From Salinispira sp. (GTDB taxonomy: Bacteria > Spirochaetota > Spirochaetia > DSM-27196 > Salinispiraceae), in NCBI GenBank assembly GCA_965602015.1, contig OZ271918.1:128001-192000 (forward strand): a DNA stretch of 64,000 nt, in the 5' to 3' direction. Shown in pieces: positions 13,974-25,349 of this stretch. Each line of letters begins with the position of its first letter. The stretch's first letter is position 1. The notes under the pieces are model-generated. The model was given only the letters and a program-made list of their open reading frames with translations, had not been told where the DNA came from and ran no database searches. Position numbers and translations under genes: made by a program.

Positions 13974-15944
13974 TCAGGATCTGCTGATCCAAATCTGCTC
14001 AAGGGGGGCTATCCGGACGTTTCCTTCCTCTTCGATTTCCTCTCGCTTCCGCTTTCCGCAGTTCCCGTATAATATCTGCCACTCGGGCCAAAAACCGTGA
14101 ATTCTCAAGACATTACTGTCCAACACAGCGGGCTTCTCTGAAAAATTGCTGATTATGAGAAGTTTTTCCTGAGTATTTCCGACGGTATAGGCCAACAGGT
14201 TGGGATGCGGAGAATTAAGGAAATCGCTTCGTCCCCCGGAGAAACAGGGATGAGTAGCGCGCAAGCTAATCATTTTTCGGATTTCAGTGTATACACGGTG
14301 GGAAAGTGATCCTGTTTTGGTGGGAATCTGTTCCCAGTCAAACTGCGGGCGGTGTATCCATCGGCTGTCTTCATGTAATGCTTCCTCGTTCTGGTATTCG
14401 TACCAGTTGAGCTGGGCAAGCTCGTCTCCGATGTATAAAAGCGGAATGCCGCTGACGCTCATCAGGACCCCGTGCAGAAGCAGGTGACGGCGGATTCCAA
14501 ATTCCAAATCATCTTCCGCAGCGGTCACCCGTGCCGTCTCTATTGTATTGGCGCTGAGACCCTGTTCTATTCCGGCCAGACTGGCGCAGGTTCCGCTGAT
14601 TCTACAATCTCCCGTCGCAGGATTGAACTGAAACGGGACTCCCCGGGCGAAGGAGGCGGGAAATCGATTGGTGTAATACTGATTAAGGAAGTGGCGGTGG
14701 TCGTAACCATTGATGTTTAGCTCAGCGGCATCCTCGTCAGCAAAGGTCCAGCCGATATCATCGTGGGATCTCACGTAGTTTACCCAGCTGCAGTCTTCAT
14801 GTATCGCCATGCGCTTCTGCATTGAATGTTGAAGCAGCCGGGTTTCGCGGGTAGCCATAGCCTCCCATAATAGAGCCATAAGCAGCGGATTGTACGATAG
14901 TTCGCACTCATCTCTTGATATATAACGTTCAACCTCGTCCGGATGGACGATGGCCTCGGATTTAAAGGCCAAGGCCGGCGCGGCAATGGCGGCGGCAGCA
15001 CGAAAGCAGCGAATGAGGGTGTGAGCTTTGGGAAGATTCTCGCATCCCGTACCTTTCTCCTTCCATACAAAAGCCAGGGCATCCAACCGGAGAATTTCCG
15101 CTCCCCGGTTTGCCAAATACAGCATTTCACCGACCATCGAACGGAACACCGCGGGATTTGAGTAATTCAGGTCCCACTGGTAGGAGTTAAATGTGGTCCA
15201 AACCCAACCTCCGGCGTCGGAATCCCAGGTGAAACTGCCCTGACGAACATCCGGGAAAATATCTCTGAGATGCTTATTATAGGATTCCATTTCCTCTTTG
15301 TCGGCAAAGATGTAGTAATAATCTTTGAAGTCGTGATCACCTGAGCGGGCCGCCCTCGCCCAGGTATGCTCATTGCTCGTGTGATTGAACACAAAATCAA
15401 GAACAAGTGAAATTCCCCGGGCTCGTAAGGCAGAAGCAAGCTCTTCGAGCTCCTCCATAGTTCCCAGTTTTGGCGAGACGTTCCGGTAGCTTGAAATAGC
15501 ATAGCCGCCGTCATTTTTATGAGCTGGGGCTTCGAAAAGCGGCATCAAATGCAGGTAGCGGATGCCAAGAGAATCGAGATACTCAATTCGCTTTTCAACC
15601 CCTTTTATCGTCCCCGCAAATCGATCAACGTACAGCATGCCGCCTACCATGCGCTGATCCTGATACCATGAGGGATTCTCTACCCGTCTTTCATCCAAGC
15701 GCCTCAGTTCCTCGGATCTTTCGGCGAATGACTTGATGAGCTCCAAAAATATGTTCTCCAGCTGGAGGAAAAAATCCCAACGAGCACCGTAGAGTTCAAT
15801 GAGACCGTCAAAAAGTTTATGGAAGTTTTCCTCCAGACGATCAATGAAAAAACCTGCTCCGTCTTTCCCCAAGGTTTTTAAGGCGCGTTTATTTCGATCT
15901 TTCAGAAGCATCAGCGCTTTTGCGGATTCGCGTGTTTTTTCCAT
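13974..15944 (-). CDS. Amylosucrase (GH13_4)
   Basis: DGGYAIS, DFVFNHT, LRLDALAF, FKSEAIVHP, YVRSHDDIGW, RISGTCASLAG; ATG overlaps the LacI stop (TAATG). Confidence 0.93.
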   Translation of the reverse strand: MEKTRESAKALMLLKDRNKRALKTLGKDGAGFFIDRLEENFHKLFDGLIELYGARWDFFLQLENIFLELIKSFAERSEELRRLDERRVENPSWYQDQRMVGGMLYVDRFAGTIKGVEKRIEYLDSLGIRYLHLMPLFEAPAHKNDGGYAISSYRNVSPKLGTMEELEELASALRARGISLVLDFVFNHTSNEHTWARAARSGDHDFKDYYYIFADKEEMESYNKHLRDIFPDVRQGSFTWDSDAGGWVWTTFNSYQWDLNYSNPAVFRSMVGEMLYLANRGAEILRLDALAFVWKEKGTGCENLPKAHTLIRCFRAAAAIAAPALAFKSEAIVHPDEVERYISRDECELSYNPLLMALLWEAMATRETRLLQHSMQKRMAIHEDCSWVNYVRSHDDIGWTFADEDAAELNINGYDHRHFLNQYYTNRFPASFARGVPFQFNPATGDCRISGTCASLAGIEQGLSANTIETARVTAAEDDLEFGIRRHLLLHGVLMSVSGIPLLYIGDELAQLNWYEYQNEEALHEDSRWIHRPQFDWEQIPTKTGSLSHRVYTEIRKMISLRATHPCFSGGRSDFLNSPHPNLLAYTVGNTQEKLLIISNFSEKPAVLDSNVLRIHGFWPEWQILYGNCGKRKREEIEEEGNVRIAPLEQIWISRS

Positions 15945-16945
15945 TAACAACTCCCCCGTTCAACAATGGATATGTTCACATAAATTTTTCGAATACTGTC
16001 TGAATCCTTTTTTATAACCAGGTCTTGTATGATCTCCGCTGCGAGCCTGCCGCTGTAATCAAGGTCCTGTCGTACCGTGCTGAGATCCAGATACTCCGCA
16101 AGATCGAGATCGTCGAAGCCCAGAACTGCAATTTCCCCGGGAACATCGATGCCATGTTTCCGTGCCTGCTGGATGACCTTCGCTGCCAGCAGGTCGGATG
16201 AACACATCATGGCTCTCGGATGGGTTCTTGTGTCGAACATGGAGTCCAACCACTCGATGAGCTGGGGATCTCCGAAGTGATAGAGGCGTATCCAGTCTTC
16301 AACTTCGCTTGTGCGGGTCGCGCTCAGGGCTTCCCGGAATCCCTGCAGTCGGTCCTCTGTTGAATCGACGGTATACGGCTGATCGGAAAATTCTCCGACG
16401 AATCCGATTGAATGAAATCCCCGATGTAGCAAATAGCTGGCTGCAAGGTACCCTGCCTGACGATTATCGACCAACACGGCATTAAAGCCATCCGGCGCAT
16501 GTTCCACGAACACAACGGGGATGCCTGAATTTCGAAGACGTCCCTGTTGATGTCCGGGAATTTTCAGGGAGAGAACTATCAGTCCGTCGATGCGTTCACT
16601 GACCGGCAGCATATCCAGATATTCCTCCAGCTGCTCCGCAGACTTGACCGTGTAGATAATGAGTTCAAAATTTCCCGGTGACAGGGTTGTGCTTATTCCC
16701 CGGATGCGCTGAATAAATGATGCCTCAGTCATAAACGGGGTGAGAACGCCAATGCGACGCAGATGTTTTTGTGCTCGGGCCTTTGCATCAGCCTTCGGAC
16801 GGAACTGCAACTCTTCGATTGCCAGGAGGACTGCCTTGCGGGTAGAAGGATTGACCAGAGACGGAGCATTGAGCACCCGGCTTACCGTACTTATGCTCAC
16901 AGACGCATGATGAGCAACATCATATATTGTCGCGTTTTTTTTCAT
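15944..16945 (-). CDS. LacI family transcriptional regulator
   Basis: TIYDVAHHASVSISTVSRVLN HTH; VPGEIAVLGFDD. Confidence 0.96.
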   Translation of the reverse strand: MKKNATIYDVAHHASVSISTVSRVLNAPSLVNPSTRKAVLLAIEELQFRPKADAKARAQKHLRRIGVLTPFMTEASFIQRIRGISTTLSPGNFELIIYTVKSAEQLEEYLDMLPVSERIDGLIVLSLKIPGHQQGRLRNSGIPVVFVEHAPDGFNAVLVDNRQAGYLAASYLLHRGFHSIGFVGEFSDQPYTVDSTEDRLQGFREALSATRTSEVEDWIRLYHFGDPQLIEWLDSMFDTRTHPRAMMCSSDLLAAKVIQQARKHGIDVPGEIAVLGFDDLDLAEYLDLSTVRQDLDYSGRLAAEIIQDLVIKKDSDSIRKIYVNISIVERGSC

Positions 16946-16970
16946 AACACCGTCTTCAAAAATTAACCTG

Positions 16971-16988
16971 TATGAAAGTGCTTTCATA
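16971..16988. promoter_or_regulatory. LacI-family operator between the divergent lacI-amylosucrase and treS-like genes
   Basis: TATGAAAGTGCTTTCATA, near-perfect palindrome matching TGAAANCGNTTTCA with one mismatch. Confidence 0.8.
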
Positions 16989-17056
16989 AAAGCAGTTTAC
17001 ATGATACTCTATAATCCAAACTTGTCAATTGGAAATCTATTTCGAAGGCGGGAAGG

Positions 17057-18832
17057 GTGAATTACACGGAATATCGCGATCTTTGGATGAGGCTTTACGA
17101 CGGGGTGTCAGACGAAGAGATCTGGGAATCAAGCTGCAGGCTGACCTGGGAGGAAATAGAAAAAACCCGAGGCGCACTTGTCCCTGCACCGGAAAACTCG
17201 GGACGTAGCTGGTATGAAAATCTGGTCGTGTATGCCCTGTATCCCCAGCATTTCAACCGGAGCATTTCCGGCATTACCGAAAAGATCGATCATTTCGAGA
17301 AGCTAGGCGTAAATTGTCTCTGGCTGCTCCCGATTCTGGACTCGCCGATGCGTGACGAAGGGTTTGATATCTCGGATTATCGGAAAATACGGGGCAGCCT
17401 GTTCTCCGGCGACTTTAATGACGAAAAGCGCGATCAGGTGTTCTCCGAACTGGTGCACGAGGCTTCCAAGAGAAACATCTCCATCATCTTCGACATTGCC
17501 CTTAATCATGTGAGCAGCGACCACCACTGGTTTCAATCCGCGACCGAGGATAAAAAATCAAAGTACCGGGACTATTTTATTTGGTCAGACAGTCCTCAGA
17601 AATACTCGGAGGCCCGGATAATCTTTAAAGGCCTTTTGGATTCGAATTGGAGCTGGAATGACCGCAGTGCGGAGTACTACTTTCACCGATTCTATCCCCA
17701 TCAACCTGACCTGAATTACCGGAATCCCGAAGTGCTCGGCGAAATAATCGATACCCTGCTGTACTGGATACGCCGGGGAATACGGGGGTTTCGGGTCGAT
17801 GCAGCGCCGTATTTGTGGAAGGAAGAGGGGAGTACTTCGGAGAATCTCGCTCAGACTCATGAAATATTAAAGATAATTCGGGCATCGGTCGACCTGGTCG
17901 GAAAGGATATATTGCTGTTGGCTGAAGCCTGTCAGCCGCCCAAGGAAGTCGTGGCGTATTTTGGCGATAGCGATGAATGCCAGGGGGCATATCATTTCCC
18001 GCTGATGCCCAGAATGTACAAGGCGATCCTCGAGGAAAATCCAACGGCAATAAGCAGCGTGTTGAGCCCCGGCATCACCCCGGATATTCCTGTCGGCAGT
18101 CAGTGGTTCACATTTCTTCGCTGCCACGATGAGCTCACCCTCGAGATGGTGAGTCCCGAAGAACGGCGCTTTCTTCATTCCCGGCTTTGCCGCCGTCCCG
18201 AATGGGATTTCCGTCAAGGGGAGGGAATTTCTGCGCGGATTGCCGAATTATTCGAGGAGCCGAGGGACGTGCTGTTTGCCCATCTTCTGCTTCTCGGACT
18301 GCGGGGTAACCCGGTGCTTTATTACGGTGACGAGTTTCTTGTTGGGAACAATAAAGATTTCGCGCAGAAACAGCTGCAGTACACGGGGTACAGCGACAGC
18401 AGGAATCTCGTGCGCGGCCCCCTCGATTGGGATGCGCTGCCTTCCCTTGGGGAAAACTGCCACAGCGATCCGGCTCTGAAGGATGTCCCACGCTGGCATG
18501 CGTGTATGCTGGCCGAGGCAGTACGGCGGCGTCGAAATGCAGAAATCTTCGGTTTAAGCCACCGCGAAGAAATAATCGCGACAGAGGATTTATCATTGCT
18601 GGAGATCGTTAAAAAAGGCGACTCGGGAAGTCTTCCGGATTTCTCTCTTTTTTACAATTTTTCGGCGACCGAGCCGGCGAATGTCGACCTAAAGGAGCGC
18701 ACAGGAAAAATCTACCTTTATTGGTCGGGAGAAACCGGAAAGGGGTACGAGCGGATGGATGAAGCTCTGAGCAAAACCGATGGGCGAATCTCATTGCCGG
18801 CCAAAGCTGTGCTCTGGATCAAGAGGGCTTAG
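17057..18832 (+). CDS. Trehalose synthase-like GH13 (maltose alpha-D-glucosyltransferase family)
   Basis: [41 protein letters not shown]-like [18 protein letters not shown]. Confidence 0.85.
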   Translation: MNYTEYRDLWMRLYDGVSDEEIWESSCRLTWEEIEKTRGALVPAPENSGRSWYENLVVYALYPQHFNRSISGITEKIDHFEKLGVNCLWLLPILDSPMRDEGFDISDYRKIRGSLFSGDFNDEKRDQVFSELVHEASKRNISIIFDIALNHVSSDHHWFQSATEDKKSKYRDYFIWSDSPQKYSEARIIFKGLLDSNWSWNDRSAEYYFHRFYPHQPDLNYRNPEVLGEIIDTLLYWIRRGIRGFRVDAAPYLWKEEGSTSENLAQTHEILKIIRASVDLVGKDILLLAEACQPPKEVVAYFGDSDECQGAYHFPLMPRMYKAILEENPTAISSVLSPGITPDIPVGSQWFTFLRCHDELTLEMVSPEERRFLHSRLCRRPEWDFRQGEGISARIAELFEEPRDVLFAHLLLLGLRGNPVLYYGDEFLVGNNKDFAQKQLQYTGYSDSRNLVRGPLDWDALPSLGENCHSDPALKDVPRWHACMLAEAVRRRRNAEIFGLSHREEIIATEDLSLLEIVKKGDSGSLPDFSLFYNFSATEPANVDLKERTGKIYLYWSGETGKGYERMDEALSKTDGRISLPAKAVLWIKRA

Positions 18833-20514
18833 TCCCAGCGCGAGTCCTCGGTGTCCAGTTCCTCGGTGATGCTGCTGCCGGTTTGCTCTGAACGTATCTG
18901 GTCGATTTCCTTTTCCAGCTCTTTAAAGTTCCTGATGTTCTGTTGTCCCACTGCTGTAATTCTGTTGCTCTGATCGAGACTCTGTTCCACTAACGATGAT
19001 AATTCGGAAAGGGCAGATTCCACCTGTCCGGAAATCATCCGTATGCTGCCGGTATGCTCGATGCTTGCGAGGAGCTCCCTTTCCATGGTATTCATGCTTG
19101 CGTTTACGCTTGAGCTGCTTTCTTTCAGATGCGTGACGGATTCAGTGATGTCACCTGTGCCTGCATTTAATTCCTTCATCCCGGCGATAATCTCAAGAAT
19201 CGCCCTGTTGACTTCAGAAATGGAAGAAGAGATTTGGGTGAACACCTCCCTCAGCGTACTGCTGCTCTCTCCCGCTGCGGTGATGCGCTGATTGCTGGCT
19301 TCAAGGGTTTCCCGGATAACCTGTGAGTTATCGCGGCTTTCCTCGGCCAACTTCCGAACCTCGTCGGCAACCACGGCAAATCCTTTTCCCGCATCACCGG
19401 CATGGGCAGCCTCAATGGCGGCATTCATCGCCAACAGGTTGGTACGGCTTGCAATACCCTCGATAACCTCGATGACTTCCAGGATATTCTCCGAAGAACG
19501 GGTGATCTCCGTGAAATCCTGCATGGTAGTTTCAACGCTGTCCATACCGGACTGGCTGAGAGAAACCAGGTCCTCAATCATGGCCCTTTTGTCGTCGGCG
19601 TTTTGACTCATGCTCTGTATTTGAGCGCTTATTTCTTCCAATGCGCTTGAGCTTTGGTCGATGGCGCCCTGTTGTACGCCAATGCTTTTTTTCACTGTCT
19701 CACTGGCATCCTGCATCTGGCTGTTTCGCGACTCGCTGTCGGTAACTCCTGCGCTGAGGGAGGACATATTTTTTTTAACGGTGTCGAGATTTCGCGAAAT
19801 ATTTTCAGCGATTTGCAGACTTTCTTCGGCGGTTTCCCGTAAAGACTCACCCACATTAAACGCCTGGGCGGTGGAATTCAAAAGGGCGTTCATGTTCTCA
19901 AACCGCCGGTTTTCTTTCTCACTTTGAGTCTCGAGTAAAACAAAGGAGACTTTTTGGTTTCGAAAGACCTCGAAACTGAAAAATGCCGCTGCTCCCACAA
20001 GTACTACCGAAATAAAATATGACGCCAGGCCATCATCCATACCGAGTTGACGCAGGCTGGGATTAATCCACAGAAAGAAATAACCGAGGCTGACGGCTAT
20101 GGTCGAAATATTCAGCGTAACCAATTGTCGGTTTCTATATGCTAAAAGTGGAGCCGTTACCAGCACCGCAAGCTGATACGATGCCAACTGGAAAACCGAG
20201 TTTACATTGCGTGTGGCCACATCTCTAAAACCAAGGTAGAACAGGAGGGTGGCTGCAAGCCAAAAAACGATTAAAAGACCATGGCTCACCAGTTTGAATC
20301 TGCCTCGGAGGATGAGGATTATGCCCGATGCGAGCAGGACTGCAACAAGATACTCTCCCAATCCCATCAGAAGATTGGTTTGAATACGTATGGTTCCCAA
20401 AACCGCGAAGGTCACCGGAAGGATGAGACAGATGATAAATAAGGTAAAGGCTTTTTGCTGGACGGTAACCCGTTCATCCCTGTAGGTCTCGTAGATCTTC
20501 TGCTTGATGTTCAT
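18829..20514 (-). CDS. Methyl-accepting chemotaxis protein with multi-TM sensor
   Basis: [38 protein letters not shown] hairpin tip; ~6 N-terminal TMs. Confidence 0.96.
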   Translation of the reverse strand: MNIKQKIYETYRDERVTVQQKAFTLFIICLILPVTFAVLGTIRIQTNLLMGLGEYLVAVLLASGIILILRGRFKLVSHGLLIVFWLAATLLFYLGFRDVATRNVNSVFQLASYQLAVLVTAPLLAYRNRQLVTLNISTIAVSLGYFFLWINPSLRQLGMDDGLASYFISVVLVGAAAFFSFEVFRNQKVSFVLLETQSEKENRRFENMNALLNSTAQAFNVGESLRETAEESLQIAENISRNLDTVKKNMSSLSAGVTDSESRNSQMQDASETVKKSIGVQQGAIDQSSSALEEISAQIQSMSQNADDKRAMIEDLVSLSQSGMDSVETTMQDFTEITRSSENILEVIEVIEGIASRTNLLAMNAAIEAAHAGDAGKGFAVVADEVRKLAEESRDNSQVIRETLEASNQRITAAGESSSTLREVFTQISSSISEVNRAILEIIAGMKELNAGTGDITESVTHLKESSSSVNASMNTMERELLASIEHTGSIRMISGQVESALSELSSLVEQSLDQSNRITAVGQQNIRNFKELEKEIDQIRSEQTGSSITEELDTEDSRWD

Positions 20515-21839
20515 TGATTCTTCCTTCTTATACCGTAAATCCTAAAACGTTCAGCCTTGCCACGCATGGATGCGGGACCAAAATCCGTTATTTCGAGCTG
20601 GCGTAGAGTCTTTTTACTAAGCCTGTCATACACATTTTGGGAGAGGATTATATCGCTTTCCAGTTTCCTGGTAAGCCGCTCGAGGCGAGAGGCCGTATTC
20701 ACCGGATCTCCGATTGCGGTGAAATCCATGCGGCGCTGGCTTCCGATGCTTCCATACACCACTTCGCCTTCGTGAATTCCTATTCCAATTCGCACGGGCT
20801 CCCGGCCCTGAAGATTTCTGAGATCATTAAAGGCGTCGAGCTTGTCAACCATTTCAAGCGCCGTAAGGACCGCCTGATCGCAATAGTTATCTGAGAAAAC
20901 CGGGGTACCAAAAAGTACCATGATTTCATCACCAACTATTTTGTCCAACGTTCCATTGTGCTGATATACCACGTCGATCATCTCGTTGAAATACGCATTG
21001 AGAAAGTCGACCACTTCGGCAGGATTCATCGCTTCCGACAGCGTTGTGAACGAACGAATATCAGAAAAGAGAATCGCCGCAGGGCCGCGGTGCCCCTCGC
21101 TGGAATCAATTCTGATTGAGTTCTTGGCAATGCTCTCTCTTGTAAGGGCCGGGGGAAGATAGCGCTCAAGCTGCTGTTGAATTTTACTCTGGTGCACCAT
21201 ATCAGCCACTCTTCGGCTTACATAGGCTGACAGTGCTGTCATAACCAGGGAGGGAAAAAAGAATATCGATGCGGTGAATGCAACATTCACGGGATCCATT
21301 GGGCCCCGCAATGATTCAGGCAGAAAATAGTAGGTGACGCCAAACCCGATGGAAAACAGGAATAACGAGAAGTAACTGGAGCCGACGGAAAAACGCAGCA
21401 AATCTAAAATAATGTAAAGACCGAAGAGCGCAAGAAATCCTATTACCAGCAGGGTAGGCGCGGAAATTCCGAATCCCGGAAGCAGATTGCTGAGCTCCGC
21501 ATTGGAGAAGGCAAGGTGGAGCATGGCGGAGAAGCCGAAAACATCTAAGGTAATAATCAAGTATTTATGGCTTGGCCGGTAGAGGCGGGAAAAAAACCTG
21601 GAGCGACCGAGCCACCAGATATCAATAAGCATAAAAATAGATAAGAGGAGCAACACCGCCAGAGGGAGAACTTCAGCATAAAAACTTATGCCCATAATAA
21701 TAGCCTGTACGATATTGGAGAGGAGCAGGATCACGATAAAGGCGCAGCGGAATATTGAGATACGGAGTTCTGCCCGGTATTCTTCCCGGGCTACCAAAAA
21801 AGCGGTACTCTCACCTGAGTTGCGTAAACTTCCTTTCAT
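20511..21839 (-). CDS. Membrane-bound class III adenylate cyclase
   Basis: [30 protein letters not shown] (K/D residues typical of ATP specificity); ~6 TMs. Confidence 0.93.
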   Translation of the reverse strand: MKGSLRNSGESTAFLVAREEYRAELRISIFRCAFIVILLLSNIVQAIIMGISFYAEVLPLAVLLLLSIFMLIDIWWLGRSRFFSRLYRPSHKYLIITLDVFGFSAMLHLAFSNAELSNLLPGFGISAPTLLVIGFLALFGLYIILDLLRFSVGSSYFSLFLFSIGFGVTYYFLPESLRGPMDPVNVAFTASIFFFPSLVMTALSAYVSRRVADMVHQSKIQQQLERYLPPALTRESIAKNSIRIDSSEGHRGPAAILFSDIRSFTTLSEAMNPAEVVDFLNAYFNEMIDVVYQHNGTLDKIVGDEIMVLFGTPVFSDNYCDQAVLTALEMVDKLDAFNDLRNLQGREPVRIGIGIHEGEVVYGSIGSQRRMDFTAIGDPVNTASRLERLTRKLESDIILSQNVYDRLSKKTLRQLEITDFGPASMRGKAERFRIYGIRRKNQ

Positions 21840-21919
21840 AATGTAAAACCCCTGAAGTCCTCGTGGTTGCGTCGGATTGTAATAAACAAGTGTATCAGAT
21901 AATGATGGCAGCTTGGGCT

Positions 21920-23548
21920 CTAGCGCGAGGTTTTTTCCCTGATGAATGAGAGAACCTCGTCAATCCCCATAGGCTGACCCAGATAGAAGCCCTGAAAAAG
22001 ATCCGCGCCGCAGGTTTTAAGCGCTTCCCAATGAGAGCGGGTCTCGATGCCTTCCAAGACAACCTCCTTGTGCTTTACATGACCCATTTCTATGGTGAGT
22101 CGAAGAAATTCAACATTATCCGGATTGCCGAGCACGTTGTTGAGAAAACTGCGATCGATCTTTAAATATTTCACCGGAAGTTCATTGAGGTACGTCAGGG
22201 ATGAATGCCCGGTGCCAAAATCATCCACCATTACTTCGACCCCCGCAGCTTGTATTGCCCGGATGCGCCGCAGGTTTTCACGGAAATTCGACATTATCTC
22301 TGTCTCCGTTATTTCTACCCGCAATCGTCGGGGATCCACCGATTTGCCCATGGCTGATTTTAGGCTGTCGAGAAAAAAGCTGTCATTCAGATCGCTGCTG
22401 GAAATATTGATGGTGATATAGTGGGGAAATGACTGCAGTTCATTTTGCAGGTGTTCAATCACCCGATACACCACCCATCGGGTGATGGTCCCGATTATCC
22501 GGCTGTGAATAGCGATGGGGAGAAACTGTTCGGGCAATAGCAGGCCTCTGCTCGGGTGCTGCCACCGGACCAGGGCTTCCAGCCCGCGAATCGAACCGTT
22601 TGCATCGCAGATAGGCATGTACTGAAGACGAAGTTCCCGATCTTTGATAGCGCGGTTCAGATCTCCCCTGATGATCAGCCGGTCCATGGCCTCATTGTGA
22701 ATGCGTGTATTGTACATGAGATATGGAAGCTGATCGCTCACGGCCTTTACTAAAGCTGTTTCAGCATTGCGGACCAGGGTTTCCCGATCCGCACCGTCAT
22801 CGGGAAACATCGCGATTCCTATTGATGGCAACAGGTGGAGCACCGTGTCTTTTGTATGAAACGGCACTGCGATTTGGTCTTCAATTCGCTGAGCAATTAT
22901 TAACAGGTCGCTGCGCCAGGCATAGCGGGTTATCATCGTGAGGATACGGTCCTCGGAGAGCTGGAAAATCATATCATTTTCCCTGAGAGTGCTGCGTATC
23001 GTCATGGTGATGTGTTCCATGATCACTTCGATGATTTGAGAGCCGTACATCGCTTGAATTTCGCGGAGATTTCGAATCTGAATGATAAAAAGAGCAATCT
23101 TCCTGGCTTCCAAATCACGGCTTCCATGATCCAGGGCATTTTCAAGCATAATGTTAAGGGAATTTGTTTCGAGCAGCTTCGACTGCCCTTCATTTGCAAA
23201 CTCGTCGCTTCGAAGATAGAGGTAGACGCCGAGTATTTCCTGCTGATTTAGCACGGGAATAAAACGCCGTCGATACCGGCTCTTGCTGTTCAACGGCATT
23301 GCCTCAGTTACAAAAGCCCGACCCTTTTTTGCCGCTTTACTGAATTGCGAAATAAGTTGATCACCGGGTTTGAGGAGATCGGATAACTCCTGAACCGTGC
23401 TTGCCGCCTCTTCCAGTTCCGGAAAAAGCTGTTTGGCTGCGCTGTTTAGATATAAAACCACACCGTCTGCGGAAAAAGCTAACGTGGGGTCGGGACTGCC
23501 CTCCAATGCGTATTTGATAATTTGATGATTACTCAGATTCTCCGACAT
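21920..23548 (-). CDS. PAS-(degenerate GGDEF)-EAL c-di-GMP phosphodiesterase
   Basis: EALVRW, EITE, DDFGTGHSSL, KIDRSF, EGIE, QGF intact; GGDEF position reads SEDRI; start chosen from TTGCAC-17-TATACT promoter and SD. Confidence 0.9.
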   Translation of the reverse strand: MSENLSNHQIIKYALEGSPDPTLAFSADGVVLYLNSAAKQLFPELEEAASTVQELSDLLKPGDQLISQFSKAAKKGRAFVTEAMPLNSKSRYRRRFIPVLNQQEILGVYLYLRSDEFANEGQSKLLETNSLNIMLENALDHGSRDLEARKIALFIIQIRNLREIQAMYGSQIIEVIMEHITMTIRSTLRENDMIFQLSEDRILTMITRYAWRSDLLIIAQRIEDQIAVPFHTKDTVLHLLPSIGIAMFPDDGADRETLVRNAETALVKAVSDQLPYLMYNTRIHNEAMDRLIIRGDLNRAIKDRELRLQYMPICDANGSIRGLEALVRWQHPSRGLLLPEQFLPIAIHSRIIGTITRWVVYRVIEHLQNELQSFPHYITINISSSDLNDSFFLDSLKSAMGKSVDPRRLRVEITETEIMSNFRENLRRIRAIQAAGVEVMVDDFGTGHSSLTYLNELPVKYLKIDRSFLNNVLGNPDNVEFLRLTIEMGHVKHKEVVLEGIETRSHWEALKTCGADLFQGFYLGQPMGIDEVLSFIREKTSR

Positions 23549-23661
23549 CTTTGACCCTTCCCTAATCAGTATACGACCGCTTTCCTTTAGGTGCAAACCG
23601 CGGTTGTGAAGAGGGAAGACATTGCCTTGTTTTCCCTGACCATCCGTTGTACAACAGGACC

Positions 23662-24678
23662 ATGAAAGACAACATCCCAGGGGAAATCCTGGATTCAATA
23701 GATGCATCAACCCGACTCCCTTATGGCGTGAGTAGATATTACCGATCACTCGCAACCAGTGAAAATCCTGAGACAGATCCTATCGCCGCCCAGTATATGC
23801 CCCGTGAAGCCGAGAAGTATCTCGCTCCCGGCGAGAGCTCCGACCCCCTGTCCGACGACAGGTATTCAGTAGCGCCCAGGGTGATACACCATTACAAAGA
23901 TCGCATACTGGTTTTGGTAAACGATCGCTGCGCAACCTACTGCCGGCATTGTTTCAGAAGGCACTTCACCGGGAACTCCACCGGCAGAATAACACCGGCG
24001 GAACTGGCCGCCGCAGCTGAGTATATTAAGCAAACCCCGGAAGTTCAGGAGGTACTGCTTAGCGGCGGTGATCCTCTCATGCTGTCAGATGAAGAGCTTG
24101 CGGAGATAATCAAAACTCTCCGTGATGCCGCGGGCAAGAGAGCGATAATGTTCCGATTGGCGACGAGAATGCCTGTGGTTCTGCCATCCCGAATCACCCA
24201 TGGCCTGATAGACCGAATAAAAGAAGCCAGTAGGGGAATGCTCTGGGTTGTTACCCACGCCAATCATCCGCAGGAACTGACGGTGCAATTCGAACAGGCC
24301 ACTGCCCGATTCATTGACAACGGGATTCCGGTGCTTAATCAGGCTGTTCTATTAAAAGGAGTAAATGATTCCCCCGACACCCTCGAGACACTCTTTCGGA
24401 GGCTGATTCAGCTGCGGGTCAAACCCTACTACCTTTTTCAGGGAGATCTGGCCTCGGGAACCCGACACTTTCGGACCAGTATTGATCGGGGACTACAGAT
24501 AATGGATGAACTTCGAAAACGCCTATCGGGAATTGCAATGCCGAGTTATGCCCTCGATCTTCCCGACGGCGGCGGCAAAGTTATCCTTGAAGAACATCGT
24601 ATAGTGAAGCGCAGCCCGGAGGGTTACCATATAAGGGGGAATGACGGGCGAACATATTTCTATTCCCATACAGAGTAG
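23662..24678 (+). CDS. KamA family radical SAM enzyme (lysine 2,3-aminomutase / EpmB-like)
   Basis: CATYCRHCFRR, LSGGDPL, HANHP, NQAVLLKGVND, GGGK. Confidence 0.92.
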   Translation: MKDNIPGEILDSIDASTRLPYGVSRYYRSLATSENPETDPIAAQYMPREAEKYLAPGESSDPLSDDRYSVAPRVIHHYKDRILVLVNDRCATYCRHCFRRHFTGNSTGRITPAELAAAAEYIKQTPEVQEVLLSGGDPLMLSDEELAEIIKTLRDAAGKRAIMFRLATRMPVVLPSRITHGLIDRIKEASRGMLWVVTHANHPQELTVQFEQATARFIDNGIPVLNQAVLLKGVNDSPDTLETLFRRLIQLRVKPYYLFQGDLASGTRHFRTSIDRGLQIMDELRKRLSGIAMPSYALDLPDGGGKVILEEHRIVKRSPEGYHIRGNDGRTYFYSHTE

Positions 24679-24731
24679 TGAAGCGTGTTGCAAAACCCCC
24701 CGAATCCAGTAGACTACACAGGGGAGGGCCA

Positions 24732-25349
24732 ATGACATCAGACGATCGCAGCTCTGAGAAGAAGTACAAAAATCTGGGAGGATATTTTCTCATATCCGAA
24801 GCGGAGCTGCAGGACCCCAACTTCCAATTCACCGTCGTACTCATCGTTAATCATGACGATTCGGGAGCCCTCGGTCTGGTAATTAACAGGCCATCAAATA
24901 GCACTCTCGGAGATGTTTTTCCCGAGCAATTCTCAGAGCACAGCGCCTCGCATATACCGCTCTTCGTCGGAGGACCGGTACAGCAGGAGTACATATTCCT
25001 TGTCCAGCAAGGACTTCCGGAAAGCTACCGCAGTGACGGTGCAATCAGAATTAAGGACAACATATACTTCGAACCGGATGTCCGGCCCGTTCTAAACTTC
25101 ATAAGCGAACGGTGGGATGACCTCCCGTATCACCAACGACCGAGCTTGCGCTTTTTCGCAGGGTACTCCGGCTGGGCTCCGGAGCAGCTGGAGCAGGAGC
25201 TACATCTCAAAGCCTGGGTAACCCATCCATCAAGCGGAGATATTATCTTCAATGACAACCCGGAAGAGGGCTGGAGAAAAGCTCTCAAGAAAAAGGGCGG
25301 GATTTATTGGGTAATGGGTGAAACCGGCTCTAAACCGTCCTTGAATTGA
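24732..25349 (+). CDS. YqgE/AlgH family protein (DUF179)
   Basis: DPNFQFTV, GALGLVINRP, GGPV, GYSGWAPEQLEQE. Confidence 0.93.
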   Translation: MTSDDRSSEKKYKNLGGYFLISEAELQDPNFQFTVVLIVNHDDSGALGLVINRPSNSTLGDVFPEQFSEHSASHIPLFVGGPVQQEYIFLVQQGLPESYRSDGAIRIKDNIYFEPDVRPVLNFISERWDDLPYHQRPSLRFFAGYSGWAPEQLEQELHLKAWVTHPSSGDIIFNDNPEEGWRKALKKKGGIYWVMGETGSKPSLN

